Part shown: piece by piece, positions 1 through 7,954 of the stretch
Layout: each line of letters begins with the position of its first letter
Numbering within the stretch: position 1 is the first letter of the stretch
Made by a program: the position numbers and the translations under genes
Assembly: GCA_001821155.1 (NCBI GenBank)
Contig: MHSB01000044.1
Location: 1-33,269, forward strand
From: Candidatus Taylorbacteria bacterium RIFCSPLOWO2_01_FULL_50_130
GTDB lineage: Bacteria > Patescibacteriota > Minisyncoccia > Phycocordibacterales > UBA10002
Reading direction: 5' to 3'
Length of the DNA: 33,269 bases
Notes under the pieces: generated by a model
What the model was told of the DNA's origin: nothing
Databases searched by the model: none
The model's input: the letters and a program-made list of their open reading frames with translations, nothing else

Positions 1-1
1 C

Positions 2-268
2 GTATCGCCAAAATTCGGGAAGAAAGAACTTCACAATGGAGTGAAAAGTATTACGCTGAAGGAATGCAACTGGTTTCAAAAGCCGATTTCCGGAAAGACG
101 TATGCCGCTCGGGCGCGCTATCGAGAGATGCTTCAGCCGGCAAAATGTTCCGCGAAAGGCGAGCATACCGCTCGCGTCGCATTTGCGACGCCGCGCATAG
201 TCGCCCTCGGGCAATCGCTGGTGCTCTATGACGGCGACGCGGTGGTCGGAGGAGGAATCATAGCGTAG
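2..268 (+). CDS. mnmA: tRNA 2-thiouridylase MnmA, C-terminal part (5' truncated by window)
   Basis: Frame is open from position 2; ends ...ARARYRE...ALGQSLVLYDGDAVVGGGII, matching the MnmA C-terminal pattern (RYR, GQxxVxY, GGGxI). Confidence 0.85.
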   Translation, partial: VSPKFGKKELHNGVKSITLKECNWFQKPISGKTYAARARYREMLQPAKCSAKGEHTARVAFATPRIVALGQSLVLYDGDAVVGGGIIA

Positions 269-271
269 CAA

Positions 272-382
272 TTTCGAATCTCGAATCTCTAAAGGTATTG
301 AAGTAAAAAATGAAAAACAGCGGTCAATTCGAGTATTAGAGATTTCATATTTTTTGAAATCCGAAATTAGGTATTCGATATT
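272..382. repeat. Inverted array of degenerate heptamers (TCGAATC-like, then ATTCGAG/ATTAGAG-like)
   Basis: tcgaatc-tcgaatc-tctaaa followed by complementary-sense units ttcgagt-attagag...attaggt-attcgat. Confidence 0.55.
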
Positions 383-405
383 TTCCCGTAGTGTATAATA
401 TTCCC

Positions 406-1245
406 ATGTTCCCCCAAGATATTGAAGTAATCAAGGTCGACGGCACGAAGGAGCGTTTTAATGGAAAGAAGCTGGAAGAATCTCTCCGAAGGTCCGGCGC
501 CGATTCCCTCGTCGCTTCAGAAGTGGTGGCTCATGTGGGGAAAGAGCTTGTAAACGGCATAACGACTTCCGATATCTACCGACATGCCTTTTCTGTTCTT
601 AGAAACAAGCAAAAAATGGCATCCGCGCGATATTCACTGCGCCGCTCGCTTCTTGCGCTTGGTCCGACCGGCTTTCCGTTCGAGAAATTCATAGGCGAGA
701 TGTTCAAAAGAATGGGATTTTCCGTTTTGCTGGATCAAATGGTGCAAGGGAAGTGCGCCAGCCATGAAATGGACATCGTCTCCTGGAATGGCGAGAAACT
801 TATTATGGTCGAGGCAAAATATCACCACGAGCAGGCTTATAAATCCGACTTAAAGGTCGCGCTGTATGTGAAGGCACGCTTTGATGACTTTCAAGATGGC
901 TCGTTCTCCTATGGCAATCGCACAAAGCTTGATGAAGGGTGGCTTATCACCAACACCAAATTTACGGAAAAGGCGATTCACTACGCGCAGTGCAGCGGCG
1001 TAAAACTCGTCGGGTGGAATTATCCCGAGCGGGGCAATTTGCACGACCTCATTGCAACGGCCGGCATTCACCCCATAACGTGCCTGACGACGCTCTCTTT
1101 CGGCGAAAAGCAGACGCTTATGGAGCAGGGAATAGTGCTGTGCGAAGACTTCATTGCGCAAAAAGCAAAACTGAAAGCGCTCGGCTGGGGCGATGAACAG
1201 ATAGAGGCGGTTGCCGCGGAGAGCATCCTTTTGTGTTCGACGTAA
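406..1245 (+). CDS. ATP-cone domain fused to Mrr-like restriction endonuclease domain
   Basis: N-term VIKVDGTKERFNGKKLEESLRRSG (ATP-cone); GFPFEKFI, EMDIV, VEAKYH, WLITNTKFT (Mrr-type PD-(D/E)xK). Start set at ATG 406, 6 nt after TATAAT (394-399). Confidence 0.8.
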   Translation: MFPQDIEVIKVDGTKERFNGKKLEESLRRSGADSLVASEVVAHVGKELVNGITTSDIYRHAFSVLRNKQKMASARYSLRRSLLALGPTGFPFEKFIGEMFKRMGFSVLLDQMVQGKCASHEMDIVSWNGEKLIMVEAKYHHEQAYKSDLKVALYVKARFDDFQDGSFSYGNRTKLDEGWLITNTKFTEKAIHYAQCSGVKLVGWNYPERGNLHDLIATAGIHPITCLTTLSFGEKQTLMEQGIVLCEDFIAQKAKLKALGWGDEQIEAVAAESILLCST

Positions 1246-1294
1246 TGCATTTTTCGAGATTTTTTTAAGACGCCAAATGCGGTATACTTTTCTC

Positions 1295-2146
1295 ATGCGC
1301 CCAGAATACAGCGGCCGAAAGAGCAGAGTTTTTGAACCAAGCTCCACGGAGCCATTCCGAATCTCTCGCTCTAAAATTGATTTGTTTCTTGAATGTCCGC
1401 GGTGTTTTTACCTAGGACAGCGCCTTGGAGTGAAGCGGCCGTCAACCGCGCCCTTTACGCTAAACAACGCGGTTGACCACCTTCTCAAAAAAGAGTTTGA
1501 CAGTCACCGCGCGAAGGGCGACGCACATCCCCTTATGAAAAAATATGGGATTGACGCCGTGCCGTTTAAGCACAAGGATATGGACCGCTGGCGACACAAT
1601 TTTTCCGGCGTGGATACGCTCCATGCGCCGACGAATTTTCTAGTTTTTGGCGCGGTAGACGATATTTGGGAAAACGCGCGCGGCGAGCTTCACGTGGTTG
1701 ATTACAAAGCCACCTCAAAGGATGAGGAGGTTTCAGAGCTCAACGACAGCCGCTGGCATGACCAGTATCGCCGACAGATGGAAGTATATCAATGGCTCCT
1801 TCGGCAGAATAAATTTCGGGTGTCCGACACCGGCTATTTCGTCTACGTCAACGCCTACCGCGACCGAAAGGCGTTTGACGGCAAACTTGAATTTGACGTG
1901 CGCGTGATTGCGTACAAAGGAAGCGACAGGTGGGTGCCGAGCGTTTTGGAAAAAGCCAATAAGTGTCTTTTGTCAAAACGCATCCCGGAAACGGGGGAAG
2001 CGTGCGAATACTGCCCCTACCGCGAGGCGGCGGGGCGGGCCTTTAAAGCCGCAATCCTAAAAAATGGCGGCAAAACATGCATCGGGGAAAGCGGCACGAT
2101 TAAAAAAGATGAAACTGGCACGCCAACATCGGCGAGGCTCTTTTAA
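1295..2146 (+). CDS. PD-(D/E)XK nuclease, Cas4/RecB-like, probable Fe-S cluster
   Basis: SRSKIDLFLECPRC, GAVDDIW, VVDYKAT, QMEVYQWLL, C-terminal CEYC. Start set at ATG 1295, 6 nt after TATACT (1283-1288). Confidence 0.8.
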   Translation: MRPEYSGRKSRVFEPSSTEPFRISRSKIDLFLECPRCFYLGQRLGVKRPSTAPFTLNNAVDHLLKKEFDSHRAKGDAHPLMKKYGIDAVPFKHKDMDRWRHNFSGVDTLHAPTNFLVFGAVDDIWENARGELHVVDYKATSKDEEVSELNDSRWHDQYRRQMEVYQWLLRQNKFRVSDTGYFVYVNAYRDRKAFDGKLEFDVRVIAYKGSDRWVPSVLEKANKCLLSKRIPETGEACEYCPYREAAGRAFKAAILKNGGKTCIGESGTIKKDETGTPTSARLF

Positions 2147-2195
2147 AGAGCGGGTGCGCGTGGTTGTTTCCCAAATCCCTTCCTGCCTACATCGA

Positions 2196-2218
2196 CTGTA
2201 AGAGTCAGACTCTTACAG
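2196..2218. repeat. Perfect palindrome (REP-like)
   Basis: CTGTAAGAGTC-A-GACTCTTACAG: 11-bp arms, 1-nt centre. Confidence 0.7.
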
Positions 2219-2257
2219 AAACACATATGCTTCTGCGGCCGTCACTACGCCAAGATA

Positions 2258-2355
2258 GGGACTGTTGCCGAATGGCAAAATCGTCGTTTTTGCCACGCAG
2301 AAATAAGGGTTATTTTGGACAAAAAGTGACAAAAACGCTATTCGGCAACAGTCCC
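2258..2355. mobile_element. 98-bp MITE with 5-bp target-site duplication
   Basis: Perfect 16-bp TIR GGGACTGTTGCCGAAT...ATTCGGCAACAGTCCC; AGATA on both flanks (2253-2257, 2356-2360). Confidence 0.85.
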
Positions 2356-2364
2356 AGATAATTT

Positions 2365-2507
2365 CGCGGCGGAATTCGGAGCGCGTCCCACGGCCGCAGA
2401 TTAGGGCGAGTCCTCAAGCTCAAATTGAGTCCAGAGCATGCTCCGGTGTCAATACTCTTTATTTGTATCGTTCATTCCAGATTTAAGAAAATTCAAATTC
2501 CGCCGCG
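2365..2507. repeat. Inverted-repeat-bounded segment, possible older MITE
   Basis: CGCGGCGGAATT (2365-2376) and AATTCCGCCGCG (2496-2507); no clear TSD. Confidence 0.4.
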
Positions 2508-2540
2508 GCGGATACTGTCCACCTGGATTCTTGTTTCCAT

Positions 2541-3039
2541 TCAGTTCCCGACTTTATAGTTCATCCCCCAGGTGTTTTTCACGCAAATATCAAAACTGTC
2601 TGATATAGTGGCTTGGTCCTGCGCGCTCGGATTTTCCAATGTGGCGTAAAAACCGTACTGCTGATTGGTGCCGGAAGTCAGGCATCCGTAGCCCCTGTAG
2701 TCCTTTCTCCAATACATATAGTTTGTGCTTCCCGGGTCCTTCATCAGGGTTGGTATATATGTCGGAGCAAGTGGGTTGCTGCTTGGATTTCAATTGGTCA
2801 GCCAACCCGCCGATCCGGCATAAACTCCATTGGTATCGTAATAGAGCTCGTTCGCCCTCGTCATTTGATTGAGCGCGGATTTTCTCTACGCATCTCTCGC
2901 CTTCACACGGGCGGAATTAAGGGACAACAAAATCACCGACGACAGAAGGGAGACGATAGAGATTACCACCAAAAGCTCAATCAGGGCGCAGGGTAAACCC
3001 CGCTTTATCTTTGGACAATTTCATGGACCCGCTTTTCAT
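2541..3039 (-). pseudogene. Type IV pilin / prepilin-type protein pseudogene
   Basis: Reconstructs to MKSGSMKLSKDKAGFTL-IELLVVISIVSLLSSVILLSLNSARVKARDA*RKSALNQMTRANELYY...; 7-nt insertion within 2982-2993, in-frame TAG (2886-2888) and TGA (2790-2792); continues in frame into track ORF 2541..2744. Confidence 0.88.
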
Positions 3040-3136
3040 TTTACTTTGCGACACCCACCAAAAGTATACAACAAGCTACTGACAACAACAACTCGTCCGA
3101 AAGTAACTTTCCACACCTGCCGATACATGGCGTTAA

Positions 3137-3227
3137 TTCCTCCTTTCCTAAAGGAGGCGGCCGGGCTTCGAGGATGGAGGATTTCTAAAATCCCTCGGCC
3201 TGCGGCCACTCCCTTTAGGAAAAGGAA
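3137..3227. repeat. REP-like palindromic element
   Basis: TTCCTCCTTTCCTAAAGGAG...CTCCCTTTAGGAAAAGGAA imperfect outer inverted repeat with inner GAGGATTT/AAATCCCTC stem. Confidence 0.55.
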
Positions 3228-3262
3228 AATAAGAGGTGTGGACCGTTACGTCCGAAACTGTT

Positions 3263-3289
3263 TCCTGTGGACACCGGGTGTCCGCAGGA
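3263..3289. repeat. Near-perfect palindrome (REP-like)
   Basis: TCCTGTGGACACC-G-GGTGTCCGCAGGA: 13-bp arms with one G-T pair, 1-nt centre. Confidence 0.65.
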
Positions 3290-3423
3290 GTCCTTCTCAA
3301 ATCTGCTGATTTTTCGTCTCTCTTTCGCACAGTCGCGCTGCGAGAGTGGCTCTAAAAGCACATCCTCCATGGGTTTCGTAATTCAAAGTCGGGTAGATAG
3401 AAATGAGGGTACTGTGTCGGCAG

Positions 3424-3723
3424 GTGAATGGGGCGACAAAAAACAACATATTTGAGGAAAAGAAGGCGGAGTATTGGAAGGCAAGCAAGCGGCGAAAGGG
3501 CGAACTCCTGCTGGCGGTCTGTGAAGTATCGGGACTGACCAGGAAAGGAACCATCAAGCGGTTCCGGAAATTGCAGATGCGCGACCCCGCGGCACAAGAG
3601 CGGCGCGGCCGTCCGCGGTGTTACACCCCCGATGTCATTGCCGCCCTGAAGCAAGAGATTGACCGACGTACCCAAAAGGTGTTTGCTATACAGAAGCGAC
3701 ACGGGAAACCGAGAAAAATGTGA
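3424..3723 (+). pseudogene. Internally deleted DDE integrase/transposase remnant (ISNCY-like)
   Basis: YWKASKRRKGELL...CEVSGLTRKGTIKRFR...RRGRPRCYTPDVIAALK resembles the N-terminal HTH region of this family (recalled, not searched), joined directly to a C-terminus-like QEIDRRTQKVFAIQKR; no catalytic core. Confidence 0.65.
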
Positions 3724-3929
3724 AAGTCCGCTGCGCCATTTTTTCCTCGAGTACCGCGAATCTTTGGATTGTCTGTCTGTGCCGAGGCGGCTCCTGCCCG
3801 CGCTAAAACTTTGGCAGGCAGGTTGGCAAGCAGCGACGGGGTTTTGAGATGAATTCTGGAGCCGAAGGCGCAGTACCATAAACAGAACGCGCATCTAACA
3901 GTCGCGGATACATACTATGCGATAGGAAG

Positions 3930-4592
3930 ATGACGAAGCAGGAACTTATCAACCATTTCAAGAACGATACGAAAGTACTTGTCTCGCCAACGATGGAGAA
4001 GGCATTTCGTGATGTGGACCGAGCCGCCTTTGTACCCGAGGGACTCCTTGACGAGGCGTATGAGGACTATCCGCTGCCTATCGGGTTCGGAGCCACCATC
4101 TCCCAGCCAACCACGGTTGCGTTCATGCTGGAGAAGCTCAATGTGCGAAAGGGCCAAAAAGTTCTTGACATAGGAAGCGGCTCCGGCTGGACAACTGCGC
4201 TTCTCTCGCATCTTGTCGGCCCCAAGGGTAGGGTAATCGGGCTTGAAATTATTCCCGAACTCGTTACTCTTGGCCGGAAAAACATCGAGCATTTCTATTC
4301 TGATATTCTTGAGAATACCAGAATAAGAATGGCATCAATGCCGGAGATAAAGCTGGCAAAGAGAGGGATGATGGGGCTGCCCGAAGAAGCGCCATTTGAC
4401 CGGATTTTGGTTTCGGCAGCGGCAAAGGAAGTCCCGTCTAAACTTATAGAGCAGCTAAAACCTGTCGGCGCACTTGTTATTCCCGTCGGCCAAGAACTTG
4501 AAATGCAAAAAATCGTTATTCTTCAAAAGACGAAAGGTGGCACGGTCATAGCCGAGGAATATCCAGGATTTGTCTTTGTTCCGCTACGATAG
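3930..4592 (+). CDS. pcm: Protein-L-isoaspartate O-methyltransferase
   Basis: AYEDYPLPIGFGATISQP, VLDIGSGSGW, EEAPFDRILVSAAA, FVFVPL. Confidence 0.93.
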   Translation: MTKQELINHFKNDTKVLVSPTMEKAFRDVDRAAFVPEGLLDEAYEDYPLPIGFGATISQPTTVAFMLEKLNVRKGQKVLDIGSGSGWTTALLSHLVGPKGRVIGLEIIPELVTLGRKNIEHFYSDILENTRIRMASMPEIKLAKRGMMGLPEEAPFDRILVSAAAKEVPSKLIEQLKPVGALVIPVGQELEMQKIVILQKTKGGTVIAEEYPGFVFVPLR

Positions 4593-4665
4593 CATATGCG
4601 TCAGCGCTGTCTGTTCGTTTGGGGAGCGCTTTTTTATTGGCGGAAATTGCGATAAAATAAATGGT

Positions 4666-6447
4666 ATGACCACGGCAGATATTCGGAAAAGATTTTTGAA
4701 GTTTTTTAAGTTACGCGGACATACTGTCATCCCGAGCGCTTCGCTTGTGCCAGAAAACGACCCTTCAGCGCTTTTTACAACTGCCGGGATGCAGCCACTT
4801 GCTCCATACCTTTTGGGTCAGCGACATCCGGCGGGGAAGAGATTGGTTAACATACAAAAATGCGTTCGCACCGTTGATATTGACGAGGTTGGAGATAATA
4901 CGCATCTCACGTTTTTTGAGATGATGGGAAATTGGTCACTCGGTGATTATTTCAAGGAGGACGCAATTAATTGGAGTTATGAACTTCTTACATCAAAGAA
5001 GGAAGGATTTGCGCTGGACCCAGAACGTCTTTACATCACTGTCTTTGAGGGCAACGCCGACGCACCAAGAGATGAGGAATCCGCGAGTATTTGGAAGGCG
5101 GCAGGCATCCCGCAAAATAGGATTTATTATATGCCAGCTTCCAAAAACTGGTGGGAGGCAGGCCAAAATGGTCCCTGTGGGCCGGACACGGAAATGTATT
5201 ATGACAGTACGGAAAAAGGGCTGGGCGATTTGACCCATGAGAAATTTCTTAAGGCCGACGAAAAACAGGAGGTCGTTGAAATATGGAATGATGTATTTAT
5301 GGAATATCTCAAAAAAGAGGGCAAAGTCGTCGGTAAGTTGTCGCAAAAGAATGTTGATACGGGTGCGGGACTTGAGCGCATTGCGGCGGTGCTTCAGAAG
5401 AAAAAGTGTGTCTTTGATACGGATGCCTTTGAACCGATTATGAAAAAGCTGGATGAATTTTCGCCTAATGGTGACCAACGAGCCAAGAGAATAATTGCCG
5501 ACCATATTCGTGCGGCAGTATTTATGATTGCGGATGGTGTCATCCCCACCAACACTGATAGAGGTTATGTGCTTCGCAGATTGATGCGTCGAGCTTTTCG
5601 ACATTTGGACATTTTGGGAATTGAGCTCGGAGCAATAGCGCAGATTATTGAGGTTTTAACTGAGGCGTACATGAATATATATTTCCTTAGCGCAGAGCAA
5701 ATGGAGCATCCGTATCAAGTCATCTTACGCGAAGAGGAAAAGTTTAGAAGAACGCTAGAAGCAGGTTTGAAGGAGTTCGAAAGAAAAATAAGGGACAGAG
5801 GCGGTGTCACTGGGAAAGATGCCTTTGACCTCTACCAAAATTTCGGCTTCCCTTGGGAGTTAACAAAAGAACTTGCCGAATCAAAAGGGGTTTTGTTGAT
5901 TGGCATGTCAGCTGGATTTGAGACTGAATTTCAAAAACATCAGGAAATTTCTCGTGCTGGGGCTTTGAGAAAATTCAAGGGAGGTCTTGCCGATGCGAGC
6001 GAGATGTCCGTGAAGTATCACACGGGCACGCACCTGCTGCATCAGGCGCTGCGGGATGTGTTGGGGAGCGAGGTTCGGCAGAAGGGAAGCAACATTACGT
6101 CGGAACGGTTGCGGTTTGATTTTGCGTTTCCGCGAAAAATGACTGATGAAGAAAAAAAGAAAGTTGAAGAAATTGTGAATGAGAAAATAAAAACGGATTT
6201 GCCGGTGCATAAAATCACATTGCCACTTGACGAAGCGAAGCGAAGCGGCGCGGTTCATTTCTTTGATGAAAAATATCCTGACGAAGTGCTTGTTCATTAC
6301 ATTGGACACTCGCTCGCAGGTTCCTACTCAAAGGAATTTTGCGGCGGGCCGCACGTTACGCACACGGGAATGCTCGGAACATTCAAAATCGTCAAGGAGG
6401 AGGCGATTTCGGCCGGGGTACGAAGGATTAAGGCAATTCTTATGTAA
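4666..6447 (+). CDS. alaS: Alanine--tRNA ligase (short form lacking C-Ala domain)
   Basis: LFTTAGMQPL, QKCVRT, HLTFFEMMGNWS, GPCGPDTE, VDTGAGLER, IADHIR, editing motifs HTGTHLLH and CGGPH. Start at ATG 4666 (MTTADIR). Confidence 0.96.
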   Translation: MTTADIRKRFLKFFKLRGHTVIPSASLVPENDPSALFTTAGMQPLAPYLLGQRHPAGKRLVNIQKCVRTVDIDEVGDNTHLTFFEMMGNWSLGDYFKEDAINWSYELLTSKKEGFALDPERLYITVFEGNADAPRDEESASIWKAAGIPQNRIYYMPASKNWWEAGQNGPCGPDTEMYYDSTEKGLGDLTHEKFLKADEKQEVVEIWNDVFMEYLKKEGKVVGKLSQKNVDTGAGLERIAAVLQKKKCVFDTDAFEPIMKKLDEFSPNGDQRAKRIIADHIRAAVFMIADGVIPTNTDRGYVLRRLMRRAFRHLDILGIELGAIAQIIEVLTEAYMNIYFLSAEQMEHPYQVILREEEKFRRTLEAGLKEFERKIRDRGGVTGKDAFDLYQNFGFPWELTKELAESKGVLLIGMSAGFETEFQKHQEISRAGALRKFKGGLADASEMSVKYHTGTHLLHQALRDVLGSEVRQKGSNITSERLRFDFAFPRKMTDEEKKKVEEIVNEKIKTDLPVHKITLPLDEAKRSGAVHFFDEKYPDEVLVHYIGHSLAGSYSKEFCGGPHVTHTGMLGTFKIVKEEAISAGVRRIKAILM

Positions 6448-6570
6448 CATAGAGCATGGAATATGAAATAGAGAAGGTGATTCTACGTTTTTTCCGCTTC
6501 ATGTTTTATTTCGACGAGCGAGGAGCGCCGCGCGGGCGTCTCGTTTGCATGGCGTCCGAGCAAAATCGAA

Positions 6571-6666
6571 ACAAAGGTTCAATACCTCGCGAGCTTGTCT
6601 GCGAGCGAAAAGAATGAGCGAAGCGAGTTCCGACAATACCTCGGAGCTTGCTCCGAGGAACCTTTA
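6571..6666. mobile_element. Short palindromic element resembling IS200/IS605 ends
   Basis: AAAGGTTC...GAACCTTT outer inverted repeat; AATACCTCG occurs twice; hairpin CCTCGGAGC-TT-GCTCCGAGG. Confidence 0.45.
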
Positions 6667-6726
6667 TTTTTTTTGCTTTATATTTCATATCCCATTTTTC
6701 ATACCCCGGCGTGTTATACTTGCATC

Positions 6727-7914
6727 ATGTCCTTTCTCTCAAAAAAAACTAAGAACGAATGTGTCCTTGTTTTTGATATCGGAAGCGGGAGCGTCGGCGG
6801 CGCGATTGTGCTTATCTCTCCCGGAGCCATCCCGAACATACTTTATAGTTTCAGGAGCGAAATGCCATTCCAGGAAAAAGCCACTGGAGCGCGCCTTTTT
6901 TCTCTTATGTCGCGCTCCCTTTCCCAGGTGGTCATGGCGCTTAGCCGCGAAGGCTTTGAGGCGGCTGGTTTTGGCGCGCAACGTCCGCGGATAGAAAAAA
7001 TCCTGGTATCGCTCTCCGCTCCGTGGATGGTCGCTCTCGGAACTTTCTTGCAGCTTCGGAACAAGGAGCCGATGGTAGTAACCGAAACGGTGTTCGCAAC
7101 CCTGCTTGAACATTTTGACAAAAGCGAGAACGGTCTTGTGGAGAATATCCCCAAGGAGTGCAAAAGCATGGAAGGACACCTTCAGTGGTCGGTGCTGAAT
7201 GGATACCGAACTGCTGCTCCGTTTGGAAAGGAGGCCGCAGAGGTCGAATTCGCCGTTTTTCGGAGCTTCTCGGCGCCACGGATAACCGAACGAGTAACAG
7301 GCATTATTGCCGATTTCTTCCACGCGGAATGCGTTCGACTCCACGCGTTTTCGTATGTCTCATTTCGGGCGGTGCAAAAAATCTATCCGCGGGAGGAGAA
7401 TTTTATCCTTGCCGACGTGAGCGGCGAGCAGACAGAAGTGGTAATCGCGCGAAACGGCGCGATAGCGGATGTCGCCACCTTCCCGTTCGGAAGAAATTAT
7501 GTGGCTCGTCTTCTCGTTAAGGAGGGTGGAATACCGGCGGGTAGCATTGAAACTTTTTTCCGCCTTTCTTCGGAGGGAACCAGCGCTTCGAAAATGACCG
7601 AACGCGTCAGAAAGCTTTTGGGTCGAGTCCGGGAAGATTGGCGAAACTCGTTTGAGAAGGCCCTCGCGAGCGCTTCAGAGGAGCCGTTTTTCCCACGGTC
7701 AGTTTTTATCACTGCTGATGCGGACATAGTACCTATCGTCTCAAGCGCGCTAAGCGACGAGATGGCTATTCGCCTTAACCTCGCTCCGTGGAAGTTTAGG
7801 GTAATACCGATCGGCGCAAAGGAACTTGCTCCGCTAGCGCAGTGGAGCGCGCCTAAAAAAGATGATGCGTTCATTGCAATCGTCTCATCATTTGCGCGCG
7901 AATCGCGAGGATAG
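6727..7914 (+). CDS. FtsA/PilM-like actin-fold protein of unknown function
   Basis: VLVFDIGSGSVGGAIV (phosphate-1-like), ILADVSGEQTEV (phosphate-2-like), FPFGRN. ATG 6727 lies 6 nt after TGtTATACT. Confidence 0.7.
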   Translation: MSFLSKKTKNECVLVFDIGSGSVGGAIVLISPGAIPNILYSFRSEMPFQEKATGARLFSLMSRSLSQVVMALSREGFEAAGFGAQRPRIEKILVSLSAPWMVALGTFLQLRNKEPMVVTETVFATLLEHFDKSENGLVENIPKECKSMEGHLQWSVLNGYRTAAPFGKEAAEVEFAVFRSFSAPRITERVTGIIADFFHAECVRLHAFSYVSFRAVQKIYPREENFILADVSGEQTEVVIARNGAIADVATFPFGRNYVARLLVKEGGIPAGSIETFFRLSSEGTSASKMTERVRKLLGRVREDWRNSFEKALASASEEPFFPRSVFITADADIVPIVSSALSDEMAIRLNLAPWKFRVIPIGAKELAPLAQWSAPKKDDAFIAIVSSFARESRG

Positions 7915-7954
7915 TAAACTATAACAAGCTCGCCTTCCGGCGCGCGCGATATAT

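Noticed and set aside
1295..2520. CRISPR-Cas locus suggested by the Cas4-like nuclease and nearby palindromes
   Set aside because: No repeat-spacer array with constant repeat and no cas1/cas2 in the window.
2790..2888. Stop-codon reassignment (code 25) explaining the in-frame stops in the pilin
   Set aside because: TGA and TAG end normal genes here (grpE, pcm, rpoA), and the pilin also has a frameshift.
4666..6447. alaS as a truncated pseudogene
   Set aside because: Aminoacylation and editing motifs are intact; forms lacking C-Ala are known.
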